DNA of 64,000 bases from Squalus acanthias (lineage: Eukaryota), in assembly GCA_030390025.1 (NCBI GenBank), contig CM059432.1:107696001-107760000 (forward strand), read 5' to 3'. The position numbers and the translations under genes are program-made. Positions 13,001 through 24,654 of the stretch are shown one piece after another; position 1 is the first letter of the stretch; every line of letters starts with the position of its first letter. Under the pieces are notes generated by a model. It saw only the letters and a list, made by a program, of their open reading frames with translations, made no database searches and was not told the DNA's origin.

Positions 13001-13893
13001 GGGGGAGAAATTCAGTATCACCCCATTTGGGGCGCAATTATCGGCCGGGCGCAAAGATTAGCGCCTGGCGCTAATTATCGCCACTGACTGCAAACTTGAC
13101 TTTTATCGCCCCTGGAGGTGATTGGAGCGCTAAATCAGGCGCTTCACACCTGTCTTAAGGCGCAAAGGCCGAGGAGCGAGGCGCTACCTCAGACCGCTGG
13201 CGAAGCTCATGTAATGTCAGTCAGCAATGGAACACACACACAATGGCACGGGCCAGTTCTTAAAGGGGATGGTTAATCTTGCTTTCCATCCACATCCTGC
13301 TCATTGCAGCCTTGAATCTCGGCCTGGAGAGACCTGCACATCAAATCTGCTGGAAAGAACAATGGAGAGTACCAGGCAAAGAGCTCAGAGTGCAGCCCCC
13401 ACAGTCTCTTCTAAATCGATACAAGGAATGGCAAATCAAAATGAACCTGCAAAGTGCTGCTCAGTACCCAAAACTCCTTCACACAACGTTGAATCTCTCC
13501 AGAAGTCTCTCTCTCTCTCTCTCAGAATGTGTAGTTCAAAAATGGCACCAACAATAAAAGGCAGGAAGCGGTCACCTTTAAATAGCGCACCCCCTTTCCC
13601 TTCATGACTGCAGAACGCTCCCCTCAACCTGTCGTTGCTAGCGTCAGGCGGTAAGGCAGGGGGCGCCACTCAATATCCGCTCCGGGGCGATACCGGGGCG
13701 TTGCGCACTCGACTGACGTCACGATCTGCCGGCGCAGGAGATCGTGGCGGTAGTGTTTAGCGCCACCGCAAAATGTCTAGTTAATTTCGCGAGCGGCGCA
13801 AACTTTGCCGCGCCTGGGCGCTAGCTGTTTTGCGCCCCATTAGCGCCCTCTTAAGGCGCTAACGGGAGGCGCAACCAACTGAATTTTTCCCCC
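13001..13893 (-). mobile_element. MITE M1c (893 bp), inverted relative to M1b
   Basis: TIRs GGGGGAGAAATTC / GAATTTTTCCCCC; TSD ATA; reverse complement of M1b. Confidence 0.94.
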
Positions 13894-13965
13894 ATAGAGT
13901 TATACAGCACGGATAGAGGCCCTTCGGCCCATCGTGTCCGCGCCGGCCATCAAGCCCGGTCTAAT

Positions 13966-16780
13966 CTAATCCCATATTCCAGCATTTGGTCCGTAGCCTT
14001 GTATGCTATGGCATTTCAAGTGCTCATCCAAATGCTTCTTGAATGTTGTGAGGGTTCCTGCCTCCACAACCCATTCAGGCAGTGAGTTCCAGACTCCAAC
14101 CACCCTCTGGGTGAAAAAGTTCTTTCTCAAATTCCTTCTAAACCTCCTGCCCTTTACCTTGAATCTATGCCCCCTTGTTATAGACCCCTCTACTAAGGGA
14201 AAAAGCTCCTTAGTATCCATCCTATCTATGCCCCTCATAATTTTGTACACCTCAATCATGTCCCCCCTCAGCTTCCTCTGCTCCAAGGAAAACAAACCCA
14301 ATCTGCCCAGTCTCTCTTCATAGCTGAAGCACTCCAGCCCGGGTAACATTCTGGTGAATCTCCTCTGCACCCTCTCCAAAGCGATCACATCCTTCCTGTA
14401 GTGTGGCGACCAGAACTGCACACAGTATTCCAGATGTGGCCTAACCAGTGTTTTATACAGCTCCATCATAACCTCTTTGCTCTTATATTCTATGCCTCGG
14501 CTAATGAATGCAAGTATCCCATATGCCTTTTTCCCCACCTTATCCACCTGTTCCGCCGCCTTCAGGGATCTGTGTACTTGCACACCAAGATCCCTCTGAC
14601 CCTCCGTCTTGCCTAGGGTCTTACCATTCATTGTGTATTCCCTTGCCTTGTTAGTCCCTTCAAAGTGCATCACCTCGCACTTTTCCGGATTAAATTCCAT
14701 TTGCCACTGTTCCGCCCATCTGACCAACCCATCTATATCGTCCTGCAGACTGAGGCTACCCTCCTCGCTATTTACCACCCTACCAATTTTTGTATCATCC
14801 GCGAACTTACTGATCATACCTTTTACATTCATATCCAAGTCGTTAATGTAGACCACAAACAGCAAGGGACCCAGCACCGATCCCTGTGGTACCCCACTGG
14901 CCACAGGCTTCCAGTCATAAAAACAACCTTCGACCATCACCCTCTGCCTTCTGCCACTGAGCCAGTTTGTATCCAATGTGCCAAGGCACCCTGGATTCCA
15001 TGGGCTCTTACCTTCTTGACCAGTCTCCTGTGCGGGACTTTATCGAAGGTCTTACTGAAATCCATGTATACCACATCCACTGCGTTACCCTCATCCACAC
15101 ACCTAGTCACCCCCTCAAAAAATTCAATCAAATTAGTCAGACATGATCTTCCCTTGACAAAGCCATGTTGGCTAACCATGATTAATCCTTGCCTCTCCAA
15201 GTGGAGACTAATTTTGTCCCTCAGAATTTTTTCCAATAATTTTCCTACCACTGATGTTAGGCTCACTGGCCTCTAGTTCCCCGGTTTTTCCCTACTCCCT
15301 TTCTTGAATAATGGTACTACATTAGCGGTTCTCCAGTCCTCTGGCACATCCCCTGTGGCCAGAGAGGTTCTGAATATATGTGTTACAGCCCCCGCAATCT
15401 CCTCCTTTGCCTCACACAGCAGCCTGGGATACATTTCGTCCGGACCTGGGGATTTATCCATTTTTAGACCTGCTAAAACCGCCAATACCTCCTCCCTCTC
15501 GATGTTAAAATGTTTGAGTATATCACAGTCCCCCTGCCCTAATTTTATGTCTGCATCGTCCTTCTCCATAGTGAAAACAGATGCAAAAAATTCATTTAGA
15601 ACCCCACCTACATCTTCCGGCTCCACACACAGATTGCCACTTTTGTCCCTAATGGGCCCTATTTTTTCCCTAGTTATCCTCTTACCCTTAATATACTTAT
15701 AAAACATCTTAGGATTTTCCTTTATTTTGCTCGCCAGTGTTATTTCATGGCCCCTCCTTGATCTCCTAATTTCTTTTTTAAGTATCCCCCTGCACTTTTT
15801 GTACTTCTCTAGGGCTTCCTCCGTCTTTAGCATTTTGTATCTGCCAAAAGCCCTCCTTTTTTTCCTGATCCATTCTCGTATATCCCCTGACATCCAAGGT
15901 TCCCTGGGGTTTTTGGAACCACCCTTGACCTTTACGGGAACATGCTGCCATTGTATGATCTCAATCTCCCTTCTGAAAGAATCCCATTGCTCCGATGCGG
16001 ATTTTCCTACAAGCAGCTGATCCCAGTCAATTTTGGCCAGATCCTGCCTTATCCTATTAAAATCGGCCTTCCCCCAATTTAGAACCTTTATTTCCGGCCC
16101 ATCCCTGTCCTTTTCCATGACCACCTTAAATCTCACCGTATTATGGTCACTGTCACCAAAGTGCTCACCTACTAGCACTTCTTCCACTTGGCCGGCCACA
16201 TTCCCTAGAATTAGGTCCAGTACCGCCCCCTCTCTTGTAGGACTTTCTACATGCTGGCTCAAAAAGCTCTCCTGGATGCACTTTAAGAATTTTGAACCCT
16301 CTAAGCCTTTCACACACTGACTATCCCAGTTAATATTGGGGAAGTTGAAGTCCCCCATTATTATTACCTTATTATTTGCACATTTCTCTGAGATTTGCCT
16401 ACATATCTGTTCCTCTATCTCCCCCTGACTGTTTGGGGGCCTATAGTATGCTCCCAGCAAAGTGCTTGCCCCCTTTTTGTTTTTAAGCTCCACCCATATA
16501 GCCTCATTGGAGGAACCTGCTAATATATCATCCCTCCTTATGGCAGTAATTGATTCCTTAATTAATATTGCGACACCCCCTCCTCTTATACCTCCCCCTC
16601 TGTCTCGCCTGAAGATTCTGTACCCCGGAATATTGAGCTGCCAGTCTTGCCCCTCCCTCAACCATGTCTCCGTGATAGCAACAATATCATACTCCCATGT
16701 GTTTATCAACACCTTCAGTTCATCCACCTTATTCGCTAGACTCCTTGCATTAAAATAGATGCCTTCCAGCCTTGCTCTTA
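13966..16780 (-). pseudogene. CR1-a ORF2 (APE endonuclease + reverse transcriptase); one nonsense codon (~15273) and one frameshift (~14970)
   Basis: ITETW, GDFNFP, SDHN, KSPGPD, QHGF, GVPQGSVLGP, FADD, FFTQRVVGVWNSLP. Confidence 0.95.
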
Positions 16781-16882
16781 CATGTTTGCCCTGTCTTCCA
16801 AGCTGACTTGTTTTTTTCTCTATATTTGACTGTACATCACCCCCTATTGTAGCTCCACTCTGTATCCCATCCCCCTGCCAAG

Positions 16883-17805
16883 TTAGTTTAAACCTCCCCC
16901 AACAGTGCTAGCAAACCTCCCCGCAAGGATATTTGTCCCGCTCTGGTTCAGGTGCAAACCGTTCGACTTGTACAAGTCCCACCTTCCCCAGAAGCAGGCC
17001 CAGTGATCCAGGAAACTAAAACCCTCCCTCCTGCACCAACTCTTTAGCCACGCATTCATCTGTTCTATCCTCCTATTCCTATACTCAGTAGCACGTGGCA
17101 CTGGGAGTAATCCAGAGATTACAACCTTTGAGGTCCTGCTCTTTAATCTGCTGCCTAGCTCCCTAAATTCTTGATGCAGGACCTCATCCCCCTTCCTACC
17201 TATGTCGTTGGTCCCAATGTGAACCACGACCTCTGCCTGCTCACCCTCCCCCTTAAGAATGCCCTGTGGCCGCACAGTGACATCCATGACCCTGGCCCCA
17301 GGGAGGCAACAAACCATCCTGGAGTCACGTTTACGGCCACAGAAACGCCTAGCTGTTCCCCTTACGATAGAATCCCCTACCACTATTGCTCTCCCACTCT
17401 TTTTCCTCCCTTTCTGAGCAGCAGAAGCAACCCTGGTGCCAGGAAGTTGGCTGCTGCTGCATTCCCCTGGTGAGTCATCCCCCTCAACAGTATCCAAATC
17501 GGTATACCTGTTTGAAAGGGGGATGACTGCAGGGGTCCCCTGTACTTCCTGCCTGCCTCTGCTGCTCCGCCTGATGGTCACCCATTTCCCTTCTGCCTGT
17601 GCAGCCCTACCCTGCGGCGTGACCAACTCGCTAAACGTGTGCTCCAAAACTCATCCACCCGCAGCTCGAGCGCCGCAATGCGGTCTACAAGTAGCTGCAG
17701 CTGGATGCATTTCTCGCACACATGGTCCCCAGGGACACTGGCAGCGTCCCTGAATTCCCACATGGAGCAAGAGGAGCATAACACAGGGCTGATCTCACCT
17801 GCCAT
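16883..17805 (-). pseudogene. CR1-a ORF1 (N-terminal Cys zinc finger + SGNH esterase domain), frameshifted near 17647
   Basis: CSSCSMW...VCEKC; VVGDSIVRG, HIGTND, GLHL esterase blocks. Confidence 0.9.
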
Positions 17806-18029
17806 GACCTACTCCTTTAATTAAATTAAAAATGTATTCAATACCCCAGTTACAGATATACTCTAGGGCGCTTTATTTACCAACTGTCCCCACTACACCA
17901 CAGAGACCCTAGAAATTTAACACCACAGAATTTAAGCTTAGAGAGAAATACTCACCAACCAATCACTTACCTGCTTTTTGGTGACGTCACACTTTGATTA
18001 TTTTTCCCTCCGAGTTCGGAGACTGGTAC

Positions 18030-18440
18030 GCCTTACCTGGTCTCTGGAGCCTTTTAGAGGCCCACTGCCGCTGCTGAAACTCCCGCCGACGCTCTGAGGC
18101 CTTACCTGGTCTCTGGAGCCTTTTACAGGCCCACTGCCGCTGCTGAAACTCCCGCCGACGCTCTGAGGCCTTACCTGGTCTCTGGAGCCTTTTAGAGGCC
18201 CACTGCCGCCGCTGAAACTCCCGCCGACGCTCTGAGGCCTTACCTGGTCTCTGGAGCCTTTTACAGGCCCACTGCCGCTGCTGAAACTCCCGCCGACGCT
18301 CTGAGGCCTTACCTGGTCTCTGGAGCCTTTTACAGGCCCATTGCCGCCGCTGAAACACCCGCCGATGCTCTGAGGCCTTACCTGGTCTCTGGAGCCTTTT
18401 ACAGGCCCATTGCCACCGCTGAAACTCCCGCCGACGCTCT
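18030..18440 (-). repeat. 69-bp tandem monomers (6 copies) forming the 5' end of CR1-a
   Basis: CCTTACCTGGTCTCTGGAGCC recurs every 69 bp; the array ends at the CTTT TSD. Confidence 0.95.
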
Positions 18441-18528
18441 CTTTGTGCCCAGGAGGACGCTGTGATGTTCCGTGACAGAGGGATGGTATGATGAGGATGT
18501 GGTGAGCAACGGGGATCTGGGGTTTCAT

Positions 18529-19667
18529 TCACTGGAACCGAAGTCTGATGAGGCATTCACAGACAGCCCGTCCAGAACGGGAATCAGCTGCCTGCCTCCT
18601 CCCTTTCTCTTCGTCCTCCTCTTCCTCTTCCTCCTTCTGAGGTGGTCCCGCAATCCCTGGTGGCAAGGGCTGCGCTCTCATGATGGCCAAGTAGTGAAGC
18701 ATGCAGCAGACCACCACGAAATGGGACACCTGCTCTGGCGAGTACTGCAGGGCTCCTCCCGAGTGGTCAAGGCAGCAGAACCATTGCTTGAGTACCCTGA
18801 TGGTCTGCTCAATGAAGTTCCTGGTGGCAGCATAGCTGTCATTATATGAGTGCTGGTCACGAGTGTTGGGGTTGCGGAGGGGTGTCATCAGCCAGGTGTA
18901 GAGCGGATAGCTCTTGTCTCCGAGCAGCCACCCTCGGGTTTGATGTGGTGGCTGGAAGATTGCTGGCACACCAGACTGGCGCAGGATGAAGGCATCATGA
19001 CTGCTGCCAGGATAGCGGGCATTCACCATCATGATGCACTTGGCGTGGTCCCACAACAACTGCATATTAAGTGAGTGGTAGACTTTGCAGTTACGGAACA
19101 TCTCAGGATTGGTTACGGTGCCCGCAAAGTCATTTATGTGAAGTCGATGGCACCCTGCACCATGGGGAAGCCCGCTATCCTGGCAAAGCCACGTACATGC
19201 TTGTCCTGCTTCTCTCTGTTCAGAGAGAAGACAATGAAGTCCCTTCTCCTGGAGTACAGAGCCTCTGTGACCTCCCGGATGTAGTGATGGACGGCCAACT
19301 GTGAGATGTTAGCTATATCTCCTGCTGCAGACTGGAAGGATCGGCTGGAAAGAAATTGAGGGCCACGGTTACTTTGAGGGCCACTGGGAGAGCCGTGATC
19401 GCCCTGCTCTGAGGCTGTAGGTCTGGTTGCAGGAGGTGGCAGAGTTCTGTGACCACCTCCTTGGTGAAGCGGAGCCTCCTAATACACTGCTCCTTGCTTA
19501 AGTGGATGTAAGAGAAGTACTCTCGGAAGACCCTAGGTGGTTAAGGCCTCCTGCTGAGAGCCCGCCTCCTCCTCCCTCTGCGAGCATCTTCTCCTCTTCT
19601 TCACTGCCTCCACTCCCTCTCTCAAAGATACTTGAGCGTGAAGTGGACTGCAAGTAGAGCCCCCCAT
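18529..19667 (-). pseudogene. Harbinger transposase of H2
   Basis: GSSHDAF, LLGDKSYP, FIEQTIRVLKQWFCCL; frameshifts and stops upstream. Confidence 0.9.
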
Positions 19668-20164
19668 GAGTGTGAGCAAGCGGTATGAGCAGAAGCCTTC
19701 AAATGAGAATCATGGCATTCTCCACTTGCAGCAACATTCCCTGTGACCTCAGCAACTTTCATCAAGTTTAGAAAGCTGCAAGAGTTGCAGAAACTTAGAC
19801 AGAGCCAGTCAAACTGAGAAACCATGTCAACTGCAAGTTGTTGATGATGATCCCTTTAAGTAGCACTGCTGGGGGCTCCTTCCTGCTGCTGAACGCTTGG
19901 TCAGCTGGTCGTGATTAAGAGAGAGCAGTAAGTGGAGTGGCGACATTGAAAAAGGCAGATAGTGTGTCAAATCAGCGTTGCACACTCATTGACATCATGA
20001 TCTGCCTCATTTCCATTTCTCTAGCGAGTGCTGGCAATGGCAGCACTGCCGATCTGCCGAAAACGGCAGCCGTCGCGGGACCCGCCAGAAGCAGGCGAGT
20101 CGGCCGCCATTTTTTCATCAAAACGGGCCTTAACGGCCAGCGCTATACCCCCGAATTTCTAGGA

Positions 20165-22695
20165 TTTATAGCGTAAGCGGTTTGCCAGGGAAAAGGTTGG
20201 GCCTATTAAGGTCCCAAAGGAAAATCTTCATGTCGAGGCAGAGGACATGGCTCAAGTACTAAATGAGTATTTTGCATCTCTCTTCACAAAGGAAGTGGAT
20301 GTTGTGAATGTTACACTAAAAGAAGAGATGGAATTTATGAACAGGATAATAATAGATAGAGAAGATGTACTAAAAAGATTAGCAGTACTAAAAGTTGGTA
20401 AGTCACCTGGTCCAGATGGAATGCATCCTAGGTTGCTGAAAGAAGCAAAGGTAGAAATAGCAGAGGCATTGGTCACAATCTTTAAATCCTCATTGGATAT
20501 AGGAGTAGTGCCGGAGGACTGGATGGCTGCTATTATACCACTATTCAAGAAAGGGGAGAGGGATAAACCAGGAAACTACAGGCCAGTCAGCCTAACATCA
20601 ATGGTGGGGAAGTTATTGGAAACCATTATCAACATCAAAATAAACTCTCATTGGGAAAGGCGTAGGCTAATCAAGGAGAGCCAGCATGGATTTGTTAAAG
20701 GTAAATCGTCTCTGACTAACTTGATTGAATTCTTTGATGAGGTAACAGAGAAGGTTGATCAAGGTAATGCAGTAGGTGTTGTATATATGAACTTTCGGAA
20801 GGCTATCGACAAAGTGCCACACAGGAGGCTTATTAAGAAGTCGGAAGCCTATGTTATTAAGGGGAAAGTGGCGGTATGGATACAAAATTGGCTCACTGAC
20901 GGGAAGTGAAGGGTGATGGATGGATGTTTTTCCGACTGGGAGATGGTTTGCAGTGGTGTTCCCCAAGGGTCAGTTTTGGGTCCATTACTCTTTGCAATTT
21001 TTATAAACGACCTAGACTCGGGTGTAGGGAGCAGCATTATAAAGTTTGCAGATCATACAAAACTTGGCAAAGTAGTAGATCATGATGAGGCTTGCTATAG
21101 GCTTTTGGATGACTTAGACAGGATGGTGAAATGGGCAGAAGCATGGCAGATGGCGTTCAATGTGGAGAAGTGTGAAGTGATTTACTTCGAGAAGACTAAT
21201 ACAGAAAGACAGTATGCTATAAATGGCACAATTTTGAAAAGTGTGGATGAGCAGAGAGACCTTGGTGTCCATATACACAATCCTTAAAGGTGGCAGGGCA
21301 AGTTGATAAGGTGGTTAAAAAAACATGTGGGTTACTTGGGTTTATAAATAGAGGAATAGAATATAAAAGCAATGAGATCATGCTAGAACTTTATAAATCA
21401 CTGGTTAGGCCTCAGCTGGAGTTTGTGGACAATTCTGGGCAACACTCTTCAGGAAAGATGTAAATCCATTGGAAAGGGTACAGAGGAGGTTTACCCAGAT
21501 GTTACCAGGGATGAGGGACTTCAGCTATGAGGAGGTTGGAAAAGTTAGGACTGTTCTCCTTGGAACAGAGAAGGTTAAGAGATGACCCAATAGAGGTTTT
21601 CAAGATGATGGGCCGGATATTCCGATCCCTACGGGTGGGTACGCGCTGTGTACCCACCCGTAGGGACATCGGAAATGCCGGTTTCAGGCATGCACAGCGC
21701 ATGCGCTGGAAACCGGCATTTCCGATCTGTCAAGAATCCTCTTGACAGATCCTCCGGCTGCCTTGGAGAAGGGCCTCTGCGGGCAGATAGTTCCGTTTTT
21801 TGGAGACCCTCCGCCTGCAGAAAACCCTTACAATTCTTACGCCTGGTAAAAGCAGGTGTAAGAGTAGAAAAAAAAGTTAAAAAAAAAATTTTTTTCACTG
21901 ATGTATCATTTAAAAATACTTTTAAAAAAGGTAAGTTTATTTTTAGCCCTGTAAAACATTTCAATTATTTTTTCAAAAATTAAATTTTTGTTTAAAATAC
22001 TTAATTTATTGTAATTTCAAGTCATTTTAAAAGTGTGATTAAATTTTTTTTTTAAAGTTTTACTATGTTTTTTCATTGATCTCCATTCATATATTTGACA
22101 GGTCTTCCTGTCAAATGTATGAAGGGAGATTCCCTTCTCTGATTGGCTCCCCATGGCCCACGTGATCCCAGGGACGCTGTGAACCGCCTGCGCCTCTGGG
22201 ATACGTGGGTCCTGCGCACTGGCAGTTTGGAGAGGCCCAGCAACGGAACTGTGTGCCTCCCGGGAGCCCTCAGGTAAGGGCGCAGATTTTTCCAGATCGC
22301 AGCCCTCCGTCCGCGGGAGGCCTGCGATCGGAAAATACGGGCCTATGAGATGTTTTGATCGGGTAAATAGAGAAAAAGTATTCCCTGTGATGAGTGGGTC
22401 AATAACTCAAGGCCATAGATTCAAAATCATTGGAAAAAGATCTAGAGGGGAGATGAGGAGAATACTTTTCATCAGAGAGTTATCAGGATCTTGAACCCTC
22501 TACCTGAAAACGTGGTGGAAGCTGATTCCATAAATAATTTTAAAAGGGAGTTGGACAGGTCCTTGAGGATGAGGAACTTACAGGGTTACGGACAAAAAGC
22601 AGAGATATTGGACTGCACGACATTCTTTCAAAGAGCCAGAACAGGCATGACGGGCTGAATGGCCTCCTTCTGTGTTGTAAGTTTCTATGATTCTA
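20165..22695 (+). mobile_element. CR1 ORF2 (RT) to 3' tail, degraded; continuation of 9640-10446
   Basis: KSPGPD, GVPQGSVLGP, FADH; TTCTATGATTCTA tail. Confidence 0.92.
21610..22343. mobile_element. Harbinger-type MITE M2 (734 bp) within CR1
   Basis: Imperfect 18-bp TIRs GGGCCGGATATTCCGATC / GATCGGAAAATACGGGCC; TSD GAT/TAT; CR1 reads through across it. Confidence 0.85.
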
Positions 22696-22696
22696 A

Positions 22697-22880
22697 GTCC
22701 CACTCCAGAGATTTGAGCTCATAATCTAGACTGCCACTTCAGTACAGAACCTAGTGACTACTGCACTGCCAGAGGTGCTGTTTTGCAGATGAGATGTTAA
22801 ACCGGGGCCCCATCTGCCCCCTCAGGTGGACGTAAAACATCGTATGGCATTATTCAAAGACGAACAGGGGAGTTCTCCCT
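22697..22880 (+). mobile_element. Deu-domain SINE fragment
   Basis: GATGAGATGTTAAACCGGGGCCCC...GGTGGACGTAAAA shared with 61218-61617. Confidence 0.7.
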
Positions 22881-23524
22881 GGTTAGATAGGGAGTGTTAG
22901 AGGACCACATCTGTGGAGATGATAGCCCCTACACATTAGAAGCTCCACTGGTTCTTTCTTACCTCACCCTGTAGTCTCATTTATTCTCAGCCCACTGAGA
23001 GCGCACTAAATTACAACTAAATGTAACTCCATTTAAAAAACAACACATAAGAAAGTTTGGAGTAACAAAAGGCCACTCAGTCCATTGGTCCACCTCCATC
23101 TAGAGTTCGTTGGGTGGAAATGTGGCAAAATTATGCCTGCTGCTTTGACCCCGCCATGACCCCCTCTTAAATATTGAATTATTTAAATATTAGATGTGGA
23201 CACCTGCGCCATTGATGTCAGCACTGGGTATCAACCTGCCCACCTGCCAGGATTTCAGATTGGCTGTTTGTTTCTGCAAAATTATCAAAAGAGGCCCTTG
23301 TGTCCGAAGCTCTTGGTGCCTCACTCTTCACTTGGAAGTTTCTCTCTCGATGACGGACCCTTATTGGAGCAGCAATTGAATGGATTGATTACAGTTGGAA
23401 ATCTCCTCCGAGACCACATGAGGCCCAGAATGGCACTTACACCTGTGTTCTGTAGACATACAATGCATATCTGGTGGGACTGCTGGGAGAATCGTGGCTG
23501 CAGTATGTACTATCTACAGATGCA

Positions 23525-23862
23525 CTGCAGTAACTCACCAAATTTACTTCAACAACACCTCCCTCCCCCGGTGACCACTACCACTGAGAGGGATAAGAGC
23601 AGCAATGCTGTGGGACCACCATCACCTCCATGTTCCCCTCCAAGTCATCATCCCGAGTAGAAAATATTTTGCCATTCCTTCATTGTCGCTGGATCAGTAT
23701 CCTAGAATTTCCTACCTAACAGCATTGTGGGGGCGCCAATTCCACACGGACTGCAGCGCTTCAAGAAGAAGGCCTACCACCTTCTCAGGGCTACTAAGGA
23801 TGAGCAATAAATGCAGCTTTGCCAGCGACGCCTATATCCTGAGAACAAATAAATAAATAAAT
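23525..23862 (+). mobile_element. 3' end of a CR1/L2-group LINE
   Basis: Homologous to 38601-38910; AATAAA followed by an (AAAT)n tail. Confidence 0.7.
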
Positions 23863-24126
23863 ATAACCCATTCTGGTTTTCCACAGTATTTATCTGGGAC
23901 TAGTGTCATTTTGTCAGATCATTGACAGTTATGCAAAGAGGTTGGTAAGCTCTTGTTTACAGGCACAAGGAGACGTATAAACCAGCACCACTATATCATA
24001 ACAATGTGTTACATGGTCAGAAATTTACCTCCATTAGAACTTTTACCAAGAATTTACTACTTGTTACATAATCATTAAATGAACAATAAACTTGCAACAA
24101 ACCATTACAATTAAAAAAAACTCTGA

Positions 24127-24520
24127 AAGAAAGAACTTGCATTTATATAGCCCCGGTCATGTCCCAAAGCGCTTCACAGCCAAATAATTATTTTTTGAAG
24201 TCCAGTCACAATTGTTATGTAGGCAAACATGGCAGTCAATATGTGGACAGCAAGATCCCACAAACAACAACTGAGATGACTGACCAATTAATCTATTTTG
24301 TTGGTTAAGGGAGGAATGTTGGACCAGGGCATCGAGAGAACCCCCCTTCTCTTCAAATAGTGCTGTGGGAACTTTTACATCCATCTGAACAGGTTTAACA
24401 CCTCAAAATACTGCACTCCCTCAGTACTGCACTTGAGTGTCTCCCTAGGTTGCAAGCTCAAATACTGGGGTGGGGCTTGAACCCACAATCATTTAATTCA
24501 TATGCAAGAGTGCTACCAAT
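24127..24520 (-). mobile_element. Deu-domain SINE
   Basis: GAAAGAAAGAACTTGCATTTATATAG tail and body shared with 54325 and 61218. Confidence 0.7.
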
Positions 24521-24654
24521 GGATCCAATTGAACATTTAAGCATTTGCCTCCATTGCAAATCATCCCAAGGTTGAATGCATTGTACATTAGTAAACTATT
24601 TGCTCCATAGACAAATCCATGTAACTTTTATTTCTTATAATTTACCTCAGTTAT

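Larger units (their letters stand above)
12086..18440 (-). mobile_element. Near-full-length CR1 LINE (CR1-a), tail interrupted by two MITEs
   Basis: 5' monomer array, ORF1, ORF2, (CTCTATGA)n tail; TSD CTTT (12082-12085, 18441-18444); empty site TTTCAGCTTTGTGCCCAGG seen near 43858. Confidence 0.95.
10447..20164. mobile_element. Harbinger H2 (family B), left arm missing; hosts a CR1 fragment, a full-length CR1 and two MITEs
   Basis: Myb exons 2-3 at ~10447-11975 (+); transposase 18529-19667 (-); right end GAATTTCTAGG like AAATTTCTAGGCC at 50039. Confidence 0.85.

Noticed and set aside
8801..13607. Three-copy MEHTHNG... ORF as a gene family
   Set aside because: Lies within MITE copies, length varies (177 vs 126 aa), no recognisable domain; similarity reflects recent transposition.
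14003..16758. Plus-strand ORFs opposite CR1 ORF2 (mirrored at 46673-49421)
   Set aside because: Antisense shadows of CR1 coding sequence; they recur only because the two CR1s are similar.
362..18440. CRISPR-like arrays (39, 42 and 69-bp repeats)
   Set aside because: Head-to-tail repeats with no unique spacers, no cas genes, eukaryotic context.
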